A DNA stretch of 62,841 bases from Nitrospirota bacterium (GTDB lineage: Bacteria > Nitrospirota > Thermodesulfovibrionia > Thermodesulfovibrionales > UBA9159). Position numbers and translations under genes: made by a program. Below the pieces are notes generated by a model. The model saw only the letters and a program-made list of their open reading frames with translations, had not been told where the DNA came from and did no database searches. Below, piece after piece: positions 9,065 through 20,187 of this stretch. Within the stretch, counting starts at the first letter, position 1. Each line of letters starts with the position of its first letter. Where the stretch lies: positions 1-62,841 of the forward strand of contig JBBISG010000004.1 of assembly GCA_037441365.1 (NCBI GenBank), given 5' to 3'.

Positions 9065-9903
9065 ATCAAGCAACAGCAATGAGGGATCTGAAGGCGTTAA
9101 AGGAGCATGCCAGACAGCTCAGGGTAGAGATCCTTAAGATGCTGACAGAGTCAGGCTCAGGGCATACAGGGGGCTCTCTTTCGGCTGCTGACATTGTGGC
9201 AGCCCTGTATTTTTACAAGATGAGGCACAGGCCAGATGACCCTAAATGGAGAGAGAGGGACAGATTTATCCTCTCAAAAGGCCATGCGGCCCCGCTGCTT
9301 TATGCTGCCCTTGCCCTGACAGGGTATTTTGATAAAGGTCTGCTTAGGACACTGAGGAAGATAGACAGCTCTTTGCAGGGACATCCAAGCTCAAAGATGC
9401 TGAAGGGGATTGAGGTATCAACAGGCTCTCTCGGACAGGGGTTATCCATCGCAAATGGCATTGCACTCGGTCTGAGAATGGACGGCCTTGAATCACGGGT
9501 ATACTGTCTTTTGGGCGATGGAGAGATAGAGGAGGGCCAGGTATGGGAGGCTGCAATGACAGCAGCTCATTACAGACTGGATAATCTCTGCGCGATAATC
9601 GACAATAATGGTTTGCAGATAGATGGGCTTTGCTGCGATGTGATGAACATCGAACCCATCACGGCAAAATGGGATGCATTTGGCTGGAATGTGATCGATA
9701 TAGACGGCCACGATATGGAACAGATAGTTAATGCCCTTGATGAGGCAGAGGGGATAAAGGGCAGACCAACGGTGATTGTTGCGAGGACGGTAAAAGGGAA
9801 GGGCGTTTCATTTTTTGAGGGGAAGGCAGAATATCACGGCATAGCGCCGACAGGGGAGGAACTTGAAAGGGCATTAAAGGAGCTTGGGGGAGATGGAAGG
9901 TAA
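9061..9903 (+). CDS. transketolase N-terminal subunit
   Basis: SGHTGGSLS, LSKGH, STGSLGQG, GDGE TPP-binding motif. Confidence 0.95.
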   Translation: MNQATAMRDLKALKEHARQLRVEILKMLTESGSGHTGGSLSAADIVAALYFYKMRHRPDDPKWRERDRFILSKGHAAPLLYAALALTGYFDKGLLRTLRKIDSSLQGHPSSKMLKGIEVSTGSLGQGLSIANGIALGLRMDGLESRVYCLLGDGEIEEGQVWEAAMTAAHYRLDNLCAIIDNNGLQIDGLCCDVMNIEPITAKWDAFGWNVIDIDGHDMEQIVNALDEAEGIKGRPTVIVARTVKGKGVSFFEGKAEYHGIAPTGEELERALKELGGDGR

Positions 9904-10873
9904 ACCGCTCTCTGCAGTTAAAGCCGCTCAGTCGATAGCAACAAGGGATGCCTATGGCAACGCACTTTTAGAACTCGGCAGGAGAAGGGACGATGTGGTC
10001 GTTCTCGATGCAGACCTCTCGGGCTCTACAAAGACCGGGAAGTTTGCCACTGCATTTCCAGAGAGGTTCTTCAATATAGGTATCTCTGAACAGGATATGA
10101 TAGGGACTGCAGGAGGGCTCTCCCTCACGGGAAAGCTTCCCTTTGCATCCACCTTTGCCATTTTCGAGACTGGAAGGGCATGGGAACAGATAAGACAGAC
10201 CATATGCTACTCAAGGCTAAATGTAAAACTCGTCGCAACCCATGGCGGCATTACTGTTGGCGAAGATGGCGCATCCCATCAGGCGCTTGAGGATATAGCG
10301 CTGATGAGAGTTATACCTGACATGACCGTAATAGTCCCTGCTGATGGCCTCGAGACAGAACAGGTGATAAATGCAGTCGCTGAATATAGCGGCCCTGTTT
10401 ATGTGAGACTCGGAAGGGCAAAGGTGCCAGTTGTTATGCCCGAAGATTACAGGTTCAGGATAGGAAAGGCATACACATTCCACACAGGCAGAGACGCCAA
10501 TATAATTGCCACAGGGATAATGGTGGCGGCGGCCCTGGAGGCCAGACAGGTGTTAGAGGCTGAAGGCCTTGATGTCGGTGTTATAAACATGTCAACCATC
10601 AAGCCTATCGATGAGGATGCAGTAATTACGGCAGCAGAGGCATCGGGGCTCATTGTTACTGCCGAAGAGCACTCTATCATAGGTGGGCTGGGGGGTGCGG
10701 TGTGTGAGGTTGTTTCCGAAAAAAGGCCTGCCATTGTAAAGAGGATTGGTGTGCGGGATGAGTTTGGCCGCTCGGGTAAACCCGATGAATTGCTCAGGTT
10801 TTATGGCCTTACGGCCTTTGATATTATAAAAGCTATTAAAGAGGCGCGTTGTCATCCTCCGCTGAAACTATGA
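9884..10873 (+). CDS. transketolase C-terminal subunit
   Basis: DADLSGST, GISEQ, GEDGASHQ, EEHSIIGGLG. Confidence 0.95.
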   Translation: MGEMEGKPLSAVKAAQSIATRDAYGNALLELGRRRDDVVVLDADLSGSTKTGKFATAFPERFFNIGISEQDMIGTAGGLSLTGKLPFASTFAIFETGRAWEQIRQTICYSRLNVKLVATHGGITVGEDGASHQALEDIALMRVIPDMTVIVPADGLETEQVINAVAEYSGPVYVRLGRAKVPVVMPEDYRFRIGKAYTFHTGRDANIIATGIMVAAALEARQVLEAEGLDVGVINMSTIKPIDEDAVITAAEASGLIVTAEEHSIIGGLGGAVCEVVSEKRPAIVKRIGVRDEFGRSGKPDELLRFYGLTAFDIIKAIKEARCHPPLKL

Positions 10874-11532
10874 TACACTTTCAGGATGTATCAAAATTCT
10901 ACGAGACGACCACGGCCCTGAGGAACATAAACCTTTCTATAGAAAAGGGCGAGATGGCCTTCATAACCGGACCGAGCGGCGCTGGCAAAACAACCCTCCT
11001 TAAGCTCATTTACGCTGCTGACTTTCCTGACAGGGGTGTAATATCTATAAACGAGTGGAGCACTGACAGGCTTGACGGCTCCAGCATCCCATTGCTGAGG
11101 AGAAGCATCGGGATAGTCTTTCAGGACTTCAGGCTCCTGCTGAATAAGAATGTGTTTGACAATGTGGCGCTGGCACTCAGGATAAGAAATATCTCCGAAA
11201 AAGAGGTGAAGGCACAATGCCTTGAGGCCCTCAGGATGGTGAATCTCCGCCATAAAACCGACAGCCTCCCCTCTACACTCTCAGGGGGTGAGCAGCAGAG
11301 GGTTGTGATAGCCAGGGCCATTGCGGCAGACCCTGTAATACTGCTTGCCGATGAGCCGACAGGCAATCTCGACCCTGACACGGCTCAAGGGATCATGAGG
11401 ATATTCAGGGAGATAAATGCCCGCGGGACAACAGTCCTGATTGCCACACACAATAGAGACCTGTTCAGGGAAACAGGCAAAAGGATAATCAGACTGGAAG
11501 GCGGCACTATAGTGGGAGAGGATAGGGGGTAG
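10870..11532 (+). CDS. ftsE: cell division ATP-binding protein FtsE
   Basis: GPSGAGKT, VFQDFRLL, upstream of ftsX; ATG 10870 overlaps the previous stop. Confidence 0.92.
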   Translation: MIHFQDVSKFYETTTALRNINLSIEKGEMAFITGPSGAGKTTLLKLIYAADFPDRGVISINEWSTDRLDGSSIPLLRRSIGIVFQDFRLLLNKNVFDNVALALRIRNISEKEVKAQCLEALRMVNLRHKTDSLPSTLSGGEQQRVVIARAIAADPVILLADEPTGNLDPDTAQGIMRIFREINARGTTVLIATHNRDLFRETGKRIIRLEGGTIVGEDRG

Positions 11533-11533
11533 C

Positions 11534-12403
11534 ATGCCATATTCCGTAAGGGTTGCATTGAAGAGTCTGTGGCATGAAAGGTGGGTCAATATCCTGTCCG
11601 CATTGACCATAGCGATTGCCCTGGTAGTGATGGCACTTATTGCATTGTCCATTTACAATATAGACCTCTTTTCGAGGAGGCTCCCTGAAAGATTCTCTGT
11701 AGTGGCATACCTGAACAATGGCCTATCTGAGAAGGATTCTCAAGATATAATAGACCTCATCAAAAAACACAGCAGCGTGGGGAAGGTAAGATACATATCA
11801 AGGGCAGATGCATGGAAAGAGCTAAAGACATCTCTGAGGGATGCCGACTACATCCTCGAGGGGCTGGATGAGAATCCGCTTCCTGCGTCCATAGAGATAA
11901 AGCTAAAAAGGGGAGCAGTCGGCCCGGACTCTGTAAAGGCATTTGTCGCCGATATTAGAAAGATAAACGGCATAGAGGACGTACAGTATGGCGAGGGTAT
12001 CGTCCGGTACATCTACTCCATAAAGACCGGCATCCAGACCATGGGTATTATCCTTACAGCGATAATGCTGGCAGGGATAATTTTTATATGCTATAGCACA
12101 GTCAAGATACTCTTTTATCGCCGCAATGAAGAGATAGAGACATTGAAGCTCCTTGGTGCAACAAGGGGGTTTATCAGGATGCCCTTTGTTATAGAGGGTG
12201 GTGCTGTCGGTGTGCTCGGGGGCATCATAAGCGCAACGCTACTGTTTGCCTTTTACAACAGCGTTTTTTACAGATTGAGTATGACAATGCCGATCTTCAG
12301 GTCAATAACCTTTCCATCTGAGGTCTATCTTTCTCTGCCTGTAGCCGGTCTCTTTCTCGGCATTACAGGTGCATTAGTAGCTATCGGGAGGATAAGGTAT
12401 TAG
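11534..12403 (+). CDS. ftsX: cell division permease FtsX
   Basis: ENPLPAS, EIETLKLLGAT..FIRMPFVIEG. Confidence 0.92.
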   Translation: MPYSVRVALKSLWHERWVNILSALTIAIALVVMALIALSIYNIDLFSRRLPERFSVVAYLNNGLSEKDSQDIIDLIKKHSSVGKVRYISRADAWKELKTSLRDADYILEGLDENPLPASIEIKLKRGAVGPDSVKAFVADIRKINGIEDVQYGEGIVRYIYSIKTGIQTMGIILTAIMLAGIIFICYSTVKILFYRRNEEIETLKLLGATRGFIRMPFVIEGGAVGVLGGIISATLLFAFYNSVFYRLSMTMPIFRSITFPSEVYLSLPVAGLFLGITGALVAIGRIRY

Positions 12404-12406
12404 AAA

Positions 12407-13582
12407 ATGCAAATTGCAAATTGCAAATTGCAAATTGCAAAATCGATCTGCATCTTAACCTTCTCGTTCTTTATTTATTGTTCACCTGCATTGCTTCTTT
12501 CTAATACCGTTTTCGCTGAGGACCCCAAAGAGAGGTATCAAAAGATACAGAAAGAGATAGAGGCCCACAAGGAAAGACTCGAACATGCAAAGAGGCGTGA
12601 GCATTCAGTTCTTGAGGACATCGACGATGTCAACAAAAGGCTGTCAGCGGCGGAAGCAGAGTTAGAGAAGCAGCAGAGGCGTATCGCACAGATAGAGTCT
12701 GAGATAAAAAAGGTTGAGGCCGAGATATCTGCTACACGACAATATCTGGATAAAAGGAAGGACTGGCTTAGAAGGAGACTCAGGGCCATGCAGAGATATG
12801 GGCACTCAGGAGACCTGCTCGTTCTGCTTTCAGAGACCGACGACATGGCAGGGCTTATGAGGAGGTGGAGATACCTTGAAAGGATTTCCATACACGAGCG
12901 AAGGGTAATTGAGGAATATGCCGAAAACCTCAAAAGGCTTAATGAAAAGGAAAAACAGCTTTCAGACCTTCGTGCAGAATTAAAGAGAGGGCAGGAGAGG
13001 GTCAGGCTTACAGAGGCTTCCCTCCTTGAGAAAAGGAGGGAGAAGGCCGTTCTTCTTGCGTCAGTCAGAAGAGAAAAACTGAACCATGAGAGGATGCTCA
13101 AAGAGCTACGGGAGGCATCAAAGCGGCTTCTCGATGTCATCAGGAAACTCGAGGAAAAGGAGACCTACGAAGCCAAGGGCTTCTCTGCTATGAAGGGAAG
13201 GCTCCCCTGGCCTGCCAATGGGAGTATCGCCATCCCTTACGGCAGCCACAGGGACCCAAGGTTTAACACACCTGTCTTCAGGAACGGCATATACATCAAG
13301 ACCAACGATAATACGGTAACGGCTGTTTATGGGGGAAAGGTTGTATTCGCTGACTGGTTCAAGGGCTATGGCAACCTCGTGATAATAAACCACGGCGAGG
13401 GATACCATACCCTGTATGCAAATCTATCAGAGACTTTTTTAAAGGTTGGAGATATAATAAAAGTAAAAGAGGCTGTTGGCAGGGTGGGAGATTCAGGACT
13501 CCTGAATGCTCCATCCCTTTATTTTGAGGTGAGATACAAGGGGAGACCCCTTGATCCAGCACAGTGGTTAAAGAGGAAATAA
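12407..13582 (+). CDS. envC: murein hydrolase activator EnvC (coiled coil + M23 domain)
   Basis: Long coiled coil, GRLPWP, GYGNLVIINHG, LYFEVR; follows ftsEX. Confidence 0.85.
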   Translation: MQIANCKLQIAKSICILTFSFFIYCSPALLLSNTVFAEDPKERYQKIQKEIEAHKERLEHAKRREHSVLEDIDDVNKRLSAAEAELEKQQRRIAQIESEIKKVEAEISATRQYLDKRKDWLRRRLRAMQRYGHSGDLLVLLSETDDMAGLMRRWRYLERISIHERRVIEEYAENLKRLNEKEKQLSDLRAELKRGQERVRLTEASLLEKRREKAVLLASVRREKLNHERMLKELREASKRLLDVIRKLEEKETYEAKGFSAMKGRLPWPANGSIAIPYGSHRDPRFNTPVFRNGIYIKTNDNTVTAVYGGKVVFADWFKGYGNLVIINHGEGYHTLYANLSETFLKVGDIIKVKEAVGRVGDSGLLNAPSLYFEVRYKGRPLDPAQWLKRK

Positions 13583-13598
13583 CGGAGGTTACAAAGAG

Positions 13599-14906
13599 AT
13601 GATGAGCAATAGGAAAAAGATACTTATCACATGGACACTTATCCTGTCTGTAGCCATTGCAGGAATTGTTATAGGCAGGTGGTCATTAGGTCCTGTAAAT
13701 GCCGAGGTCGAGGGGTATGAGAACCTCAAGGTGTTTACAGAGGTTCTGTCTATAGTGAAGAAGAATTATGTGGAAGACATAAAGACAAAGGACCTCATCT
13801 ATGGCGCTATCAAGGGGATGCTGAACTCTCTCGATCCCCATTCAGGGTTCATGACCCCTGAGGCGTATAAGGAGATGCAGGTCGACACAAAGGGTGAGTT
13901 TGGCGGCCTCGGCATACAGATAGGCATCAAGGATAGCATCCTCACCGTTATCGCACCGATCGAAGACACACCCGCTTACAAGGAAGGGATAAAGGCAGGG
14001 GACAGGATAATTAAGATCGACGGCCAGAGCACAAAGGACATGAGTCTTCAGGATGCCGTCAGCAAGATGAGAGGGCCAAAGGGGACCCCTGTAAAGATCA
14101 CCATCCTCAGGGAAGGATGGAAGGAGACTAAGGATTTTACGATTGTCAGGGATATCATAAAGATAAAGAGCGTGAAGCATAAGGTACTGGAGGACGGGAT
14201 CGGTTATATAAAGCTCACTCAGTTCCAGGAACAGACGGCTGCTGACCTATCAACAGCCATGGGCAAGCTCAGCAATGAGAAGATTAATGCCCTGATCCTC
14301 GACCTGAGGAATAACCCTGGCGGTCTTCTTAATAGCTCCGTTGATGTTGCAAGTCAATTCCTGCCGCCGGGCAAACTTGTTGTATATATAAAAGACAGGG
14401 CAGGAGAGAGGGTGGAATACCGCACAGGTGACGGCCATCCGCACTATGAAAACATTCCCATGGTTGTCCTTGTGAATCAGGGCAGCGCAAGCGCCTCAGA
14501 GATAGTGGCAGGTGCCCTTAAAGACTGGCACCGGGCCGTGATACTCGGTGTTCAGACCTTCGGGAAGGGTTCGGTCCAGAGTGTCATCCCCCTGAGTGAT
14601 GGCTCTGCACTCAGACTCACGACAGCCAGGTATTATACCCCAAGCGGGACATCGATACAGTCCACGGGTATTACCCCTGATATTGTCGTAAAGTTAGAGA
14701 CGAAAAACGGCGTGAAAGAACATACTGTTATGAGGGAAAAGGACCTCGAGAGGCACCTCAAGAACGAACAGAAGGAGGAGGGAACAGTTCCCGAGCAGGA
14801 GACAGCTCCACTTGAGGTTTCTGAAAAGGAAGACATCCAGCTTCAGAGGGCCATTGACCTGCTGAAGACATGGAAGGTCTTTAAGGAGCTGCCAAAGGCA
14901 GCGTAA
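13599..14906 (+). CDS. ctpA: carboxyl-terminal processing protease (S41)
   Basis: LDPHS, PDZ, DLRNNPGG, SASASEIV, TFGKGSVQ. Confidence 0.93.
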   Translation: MMSNRKKILITWTLILSVAIAGIVIGRWSLGPVNAEVEGYENLKVFTEVLSIVKKNYVEDIKTKDLIYGAIKGMLNSLDPHSGFMTPEAYKEMQVDTKGEFGGLGIQIGIKDSILTVIAPIEDTPAYKEGIKAGDRIIKIDGQSTKDMSLQDAVSKMRGPKGTPVKITILREGWKETKDFTIVRDIIKIKSVKHKVLEDGIGYIKLTQFQEQTAADLSTAMGKLSNEKINALILDLRNNPGGLLNSSVDVASQFLPPGKLVVYIKDRAGERVEYRTGDGHPHYENIPMVVLVNQGSASASEIVAGALKDWHRAVILGVQTFGKGSVQSVIPLSDGSALRLTTARYYTPSGTSIQSTGITPDIVVKLETKNGVKEHTVMREKDLERHLKNEQKEEGTVPEQETAPLEVSEKEDIQLQRAIDLLKTWKVFKELPKAA

Positions 14907-14931
14907 AGACAGGCTAAACAGGAATGAGGGC

Positions 14932-15615
14932 ATGTCACGGATCATCCTGGACATAGAGACGGTCGGCAGAGACTTCTCCTCCCTCGATAAAGAGGCCCAG
15001 AATTACCTCCTCAGATGGGCAGAAACAGAAGAGGATATAAGGGAGGTAAAGGAGAGCCTTTCACTTTATCCGCTCACGGGAGAGATTGCGGCCATAGGGA
15101 TGCTCAACCCCGATACCATGAGGGGTGCTGTGTATTTCCAGACGCCAGACGATTCCCTGCTGCCATTTGAAGAGGAAGGAATAAGTTTTCAGACAGGAAC
15201 AGAAAAGGAAATACTGCAGCGATTCTGGGATGCGATAAAGGGTTATGACCAGTTCATCACCTTTAATGGCAGGGGTTTTGACTGTCCGTTCATAATGATA
15301 AGGTCTGCCGTCCACAGGATAAAACCATCGAGGGACCTTATGCCTAACAGATATAATGGCACCCATATCGACCTCCTCGACCAGCTCACCTTTTATGGGG
15401 CATCGAGGAGAAGGTTCAGCCTTGATATGTGGTGCAGGACATTCGGTATAAAGAGCCCAAAGTCCGAGGGCATAACAGGATATGAGGTCAGGGAACTCTT
15501 TATGTCCGGGAGGTATGTTGATATAGCCCGCTACTGCCTTCGTGACCTCATAGCAACAAGGGAATTACTAACATACTGGGAAAACTATATCAGGTTCTCT
15601 CCTGATAGACCATAG
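14932..15615 (+). CDS. PolB-related 3'-5' exonuclease (RNase H-like)
   Basis: DIET, TFNGRGFD, YCLRD DEDDy motifs. Confidence 0.8.
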   Translation: MSRIILDIETVGRDFSSLDKEAQNYLLRWAETEEDIREVKESLSLYPLTGEIAAIGMLNPDTMRGAVYFQTPDDSLLPFEEEGISFQTGTEKEILQRFWDAIKGYDQFITFNGRGFDCPFIMIRSAVHRIKPSRDLMPNRYNGTHIDLLDQLTFYGASRRRFSLDMWCRTFGIKSPKSEGITGYEVRELFMSGRYVDIARYCLRDLIATRELLTYWENYIRFSPDRP

Positions 15616-15623
15616 GAGGGGTT

Positions 15624-15986
15624 ATGGGATGGAATAGGGCACCCCAAAAAGTCAGAGACTGTTTAGGGACCAGAGTGATGGCCTTGTGTCTTACATTGAC
15701 CGTAGCAGGCTGTGCTGCTGTTGTGACGCCTGAGGGGACATATATCGAGCCGATCGGAACTATTGTGGTAGGCCCGCCCGGTGTGATTATAGAGGCCCCT
15801 CCGCCCCACATAGTCGTGCCGCCGCCCCTGCCGCCGGTTGTCCTGATCCCCCGCAGGCATGTCTATTTCTACAGCGGCTTTTACTATTACTACTGGGATG
15901 GTGCGTGGTTTTACAGCGATAAAGACCGGGGGCCCTGGTACAGGCTTCCGAGGAGACATTACCCTCCGAGGTATTACAGGAGATGA
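15624..15986 (+). CDS. proline/tyrosine-rich hypothetical lipoprotein
   Basis: VAGC lipobox, Pro-rich stretch, YYYYWDGAW; the true start may be 15675 or 15678. Confidence 0.65.
   Translation: MGWNRAPQKVRDCLGTRVMALCLTLTVAGCAAVVTPEGTYIEPIGTIVVGPPGVIIEAPPPHIVVPPPLPPVVLIPRRHVYFYSGFYYYYWDGAWFYSDKDRGPWYRLPRRHYPPRYYRR
15637..15671 (+). repeat. REP-like palindromic element copy (imperfect)
   Basis: GGGCACCCCAAAAAGTCAGAGACTGTTTAGGGACC. Confidence 0.8.
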
Positions 15987-17386
15987 TGTTTTACGACATC
16001 CACGAAGAGTGCGGCATATTCGGGGTCTATGGCCATGCCGAGGCCGCTAATCTGACATATCTCGGCCTTTATGCCTTACAGCATCGAGGCCAGGAAGGGG
16101 CCGGGATATGCTCATCAGACGGAAAGCAGCTACATATCGAAAAATCCATGGGCCTTGTTGCTGATATATTTACGGAAAAGAGGCTCAGGAGACTGCCAGG
16201 CTATATTGCCATCGGCCATAATCGCTACTCCACAGCAGGCAGCAGCGTATTGAAGAATGTGCAGCCCATAGTGGCCAACTTTGCCCTCGGTTCACTCGCC
16301 ATAGCCCACAACGGGAACCTCACCAATGCAGTCGAGCTGAGAAGGGAGCTTGAGGAAGAAGGCGCCATATTCCAGTCGACCTCTGACAGTGAGGTGATAG
16401 TCCACCTTATCGCCCATGCAAAGGGGGAAGACCCCCATGAGAGGATGATCCAGGCCCTCGCGAAGGTCAGTGGTGCCTTCAGTCTCCTTATACTCAGGGA
16501 GAAGGAGCTTATCGCTGTAAGGGATCCCTTCGGGATTCGGCCTCTCTGCATGGGTCAGGTTGACGGTGCTTATATAATAGCCTCGGAGACCTGTGCCCTC
16601 GACCTTATAGGTGCGAGTTATATCAGGGATATTGAGCCCGGGGAGATGGTGGTTATAAATGATAATGGCATAAGGTCGATAAAGGCTTTAACAAGTATAA
16701 GGAGGGCATACTGCATATTTGAGTTCATATATTTTTCCAGGCCTGACAGCTATATCTTCGGGTATCAGAATGTCAACGGGATGAGGAAGGAATTCGGTAA
16801 GCAGCTTGCGAGAGAATCATACATTGATGCCGACCTCGTCATACCTGTGCCTGATTCTGGTGTGCCTGCTGCATTAGGGTTTTCCGAGGAAAGCGGCATC
16901 CCCTTTGACTTCGGCCTTATCAGAAACCATTATGTCGGCAGGACATTTATCGAGCCAAAGCAGGCCATAAGACATTTCGGGGTGAAGATCAAACTCAATC
17001 CCGTAAGAAAGCTCCTCGAAGGCAAAAGGGTTATCGTGGTCGATGATTCTATAGTGAGAGGAACGACGAGCAAAAAGATTGTGAAGATGTTAAGGGAAGG
17101 CGGTGGTGCAAGAGAGGTCCATATGAGGATCAGCTCACCTCCTACCATCGGCCCATGTTTCTACGGCATCGATACACCCACAAGGCAGGAACTCATAGCG
17201 TCCACGCATATAATGGATGAGATAAGGAGATATATAACGGCAGACTCCCTCTCATACCTCAGCCTCGAAGGCATCAGGAGGATTGTGCCTGACCCTGAAG
17301 ATTACTGCACAGCCTGCTTTGACAATAATTACCCTATCAGCTTTCCAGGTGAACACCTCGAACAGATGGAGCTCGTCTTTCGATAG
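15983..17386 (+). CDS. purF: amidophosphoribosyltransferase
   Basis: [30 protein letters not shown]. Confidence 0.97.
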   Translation: MMFYDIHEECGIFGVYGHAEAANLTYLGLYALQHRGQEGAGICSSDGKQLHIEKSMGLVADIFTEKRLRRLPGYIAIGHNRYSTAGSSVLKNVQPIVANFALGSLAIAHNGNLTNAVELRRELEEEGAIFQSTSDSEVIVHLIAHAKGEDPHERMIQALAKVSGAFSLLILREKELIAVRDPFGIRPLCMGQVDGAYIIASETCALDLIGASYIRDIEPGEMVVINDNGIRSIKALTSIRRAYCIFEFIYFSRPDSYIFGYQNVNGMRKEFGKQLARESYIDADLVIPVPDSGVPAALGFSEESGIPFDFGLIRNHYVGRTFIEPKQAIRHFGVKIKLNPVRKLLEGKRVIVVDDSIVRGTTSKKIVKMLREGGGAREVHMRISSPPTIGPCFYGIDTPTRQELIASTHIMDEIRRYITADSLSYLSLEGIRRIVPDPEDYCTACFDNNYPISFPGEHLEQMELVFR

Positions 17387-17434
17387 GGGTTGGTATCAGC
17401 CTTGGTGGGATTTTAAGGGGATTTAGGTTGAAAT

Positions 17435-18589
17435 ATGCTGGCTGAAGCAATCAGGGCGATATATACAAAAAACCTCGGCATTAAGAGGACAGAGAGCGTC
17501 CTCGTATTCACAGACAGGATCCGTGAAGGCGAGGTTCTGGATGTTACAGAGCAATGCAGGAGGGAGAGGCTCAGGGACATAGCGATTCTCACTGCCGAGG
17601 TCGGAAAGGCATTCACAAAGAGGGTATCATTTCACGAATATCCAGCAACCATGGCCCATGGAGCGGAGCCCCCTGAGGAACTATGGCGCCTCGCATTCGG
17701 TCAGAGGGCCGTGGATAGACTGATTAGAGAGGGCCTTTTAATGCCGCTCCTTACAAAAGAGATCACAGATGGGGAGATAAAAGGTGCAGAGGCGATCATA
17801 AGGAAATACAGGGATTTCTGCATCGATGCGGTAATAGCCCTCTCCAATTACTCCACAAGCCATACAAGATTCAGAGACCTTCTTACGAGGATGTGCGGCA
17901 CAAGATATGCGAGCATGCCCCTGTTTGATGTCTCGATGCTCGAAGGGGCTATGGATGTTGACTGGAGAGCGCTCTCGATGAGAACAAAGCAAATAGCACA
18001 GATGGTCAATAGGGCGGATTACATAGAGATGGAGACCTCCAATGGAAGCATACTGTCCTTTTCAAAGAGGGGTAGAAGGGCTGAGGCCGACACAGGGATA
18101 CTCACGAGACCTGGCTCTTTCGGTAATCTCCCTGCAGGTGAGGTGTATCTCGCACCCCTGGAAGGCACGGCGGAGGGGAGGCTCATCCTCGAATGGGCAC
18201 CCACAAGAGAGATGAGGTCACCGGTTACGCTTGCCATTAAGGATGGAATTGTTATAAAAGTTGAAGGCGATGAGCCATATGCAGAGCTCTTAAAAGCAAA
18301 GCTATCTGAAAGAAGGGAAAACGCAAACATAGCAGAATTCGGTATTGGCACAAACGATAAGGCAAGAAGGCCTGATAACATCCTCGAGTCAGAAAAGATC
18401 CTCGGTACAATACATATAGCACTGGGAGACAATAGCTCCTTTGGTGGTAAGGTGAAGACCCCCTTCCACCAGGATTTTGTATTTTTCAGACCCACTGTGA
18501 TGCTTACCGATAAAAACGGAAGAAGGACAACACTCATGAAGGACGGGAAATTTGTCGAGGACATTCTCAAAACGCAAAATTTGTATTAG
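17435..18589 (+). CDS. aminopeptidase (M29/thermophilic metalloprotease-like)
   Basis: GNLPAGEV, IAEFGIGTN, EKILGTIHIALG, H-D motif. Confidence 0.8.
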   Translation: MLAEAIRAIYTKNLGIKRTESVLVFTDRIREGEVLDVTEQCRRERLRDIAILTAEVGKAFTKRVSFHEYPATMAHGAEPPEELWRLAFGQRAVDRLIREGLLMPLLTKEITDGEIKGAEAIIRKYRDFCIDAVIALSNYSTSHTRFRDLLTRMCGTRYASMPLFDVSMLEGAMDVDWRALSMRTKQIAQMVNRADYIEMETSNGSILSFSKRGRRAEADTGILTRPGSFGNLPAGEVYLAPLEGTAEGRLILEWAPTREMRSPVTLAIKDGIVIKVEGDEPYAELLKAKLSERRENANIAEFGIGTNDKARRPDNILESEKILGTIHIALGDNSSFGGKVKTPFHQDFVFFRPTVMLTDKNGRRTTLMKDGKFVEDILKTQNLY

Positions 18590-18615
18590 CCACTGCAAAC
18601 CTGTATAATTCCACT

Positions 18616-19062
18616 ATGCGGACACATGATATAATCGAGACATTAAGATCAAAGCCTGGACATATTTTGATGCCCAATGATATAGCAGCAATATACCTTT
18701 ATGGCTCTGTTGTTAAGGGCAGACTTAGAGCAGATAGCGATATTGATATCGCCATGCTTCCCTTTTATGATGTCGATGCTTTCAGAAGGTTGGAGCTGAT
18801 CTCAAAGGTAGAGGGTATCTTTACATCGCTCCTGAGAGAAATCGGCATTGAGAGAGAAGTGAGCATTCTTGACCTGAGGGATAAATATGTATCTCTGCAA
18901 CTTCAATATAATATTATCACAAAGGGAGTGCTTGTATATGAAAAAGATACCTCTGAGAGACTTGAGTTCGAAAATGCTGTCAAGAGAGAATATTTTGACT
19001 TTGAGCCCTATCTGAGATTTTTAAGAGAGAAAAAGTATGGCGATATACCACAGAAAGCTTGA
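18616..19062 (+). CDS. mntA: MntA-type nucleotidyltransferase antitoxin (type VII TA)
   Basis: YLYGS..G....SDIDIA motif; upstream of a HEPN gene; TTGTAT-17-TATAAT promoter just upstream. Confidence 0.82.
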   Translation: MRTHDIIETLRSKPGHILMPNDIAAIYLYGSVVKGRLRADSDIDIAMLPFYDVDAFRRLELISKVEGIFTSLLREIGIEREVSILDLRDKYVSLQLQYNIITKGVLVYEKDTSERLEFENAVKREYFDFEPYLRFLREKKYGDIPQKA

Positions 19063-19465
19063 ATTAATAGATGATTGCATAAAAAAGCTATCGGAAATAA
19101 GAAAGGAAACCCCTTCCCTCGAAAGATACAGGAATGCATGGAAAGATAAAGATTCGGCAGAGAGGAACCTTCATAAAATAATAGAGGCAATTATTGATAT
19201 AGGTAAAATGCTTATCGCTGATAGAAAATTACGTGAGCCAGGGAATAACAGAGAGGTCTTTTTGATTCTTGAAGAAAAGGGTTTGTTCCCCTCTGAATTT
19301 ATATCCCTTATAGATAAAATGATAGGGATGAGAAATATCATTGTTCACTGCTATGACAGAATTGACGATGCCATTGTTTACGGGGTTCTTAAGAAAAATC
19401 TTGGTGATATCAGGAGATTGACTGATCATCTTAAGAAGGTCTGTGTAGTTAGAAAGGCAAAGTGA
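19037..19465 (+). CDS. hepT: HepT/DUF86 HEPN RNase toxin
   Basis: RNIIVHCY = RX4HXY motif; overlaps mntA. Confidence 0.85.
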   Translation: MAIYHRKLELIDDCIKKLSEIRKETPSLERYRNAWKDKDSAERNLHKIIEAIIDIGKMLIADRKLREPGNNREVFLILEEKGLFPSEFISLIDKMIGMRNIIVHCYDRIDDAIVYGVLKKNLGDIRRLTDHLKKVCVVRKAK

Positions 19466-19466
19466 C

Positions 19467-19781
19467 ATGGAAGACATAGTGGTTTTCATAACCGCACCTA
19501 ATGAGGATGAGGCCGCAAAGATCGCAAGGGCCATTGTTGAGGCCAGGCTTGCCGGCTGTGTGAACATTGTTAAAGGCATCCGCTCGATCTATAGCTGGCA
19601 GGGAAAGATAGAGGATGAGCCAGAGGTATTAATGGTCGTGAAGACACAGAGGCATCTCTTCGATGCCCTTTCGAGGGAAGTAAAAAGGCTCCACAGCTAC
19701 ACAGTCCCTGAGATTATCGCCATTCCGATAGTTGAGGGCTCCGTCGATTACATGAACTGGTTAAAAGAAGTTACAGGCTGA
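19467..19781 (+). CDS. cutA: divalent-cation tolerance protein CutA
   Basis: LAGCVNI, SIYSWQG, HSYTVPEI. Confidence 0.93.
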   Translation: MEDIVVFITAPNEDEAAKIARAIVEARLAGCVNIVKGIRSIYSWQGKIEDEPEVLMVVKTQRHLFDALSREVKRLHSYTVPEIIAIPIVEGSVDYMNWLKEVTG

Positions 19782-19790
19782 GGCGACCCT

Positions 19791-20111
19791 GTGAAGACGG
19801 ATCGATATACAGACATCATCTGCAGGGGTTTTTGCCGTTTTTACAAAGAAGGTAAAGAGGATCTTGCCTGCGAGACATATAATTTCCTCGCAAACAGATT
19901 TACCCCTGAGGCCCTTGGATTCGCAATTGATGGGATTAAGGCAAGACCTGACTTTTCATGCGATGAAGATATAAGATTGCTCATCTGTGGGATGTGCGAT
20001 TTCCTGGTAGATGGCTGTGACTTCAGGGATGGGCTGGATGCAGAGCCGTGTGGCGGCTATACAATAATCGAAGGGCTTATAAAGAATGGCATCATTAATC
20101 CAAATAAGTAA
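19791..20111 (+). CDS. cysteine-rich hypothetical protein
   Basis: CxxxC, CxxC and further Cys; operonic position. Confidence 0.6.
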   Translation: MKTDRYTDIICRGFCRFYKEGKEDLACETYNFLANRFTPEALGFAIDGIKARPDFSCDEDIRLLICGMCDFLVDGCDFRDGLDAEPCGGYTIIEGLIKNGIINPNK

Positions 20112-20187
20112 TTAACCACAGAGGGCACAGAGATAACAGAGATAATGGAGTATTGGATACTAAATAAACATTACTCCATACTCCAAC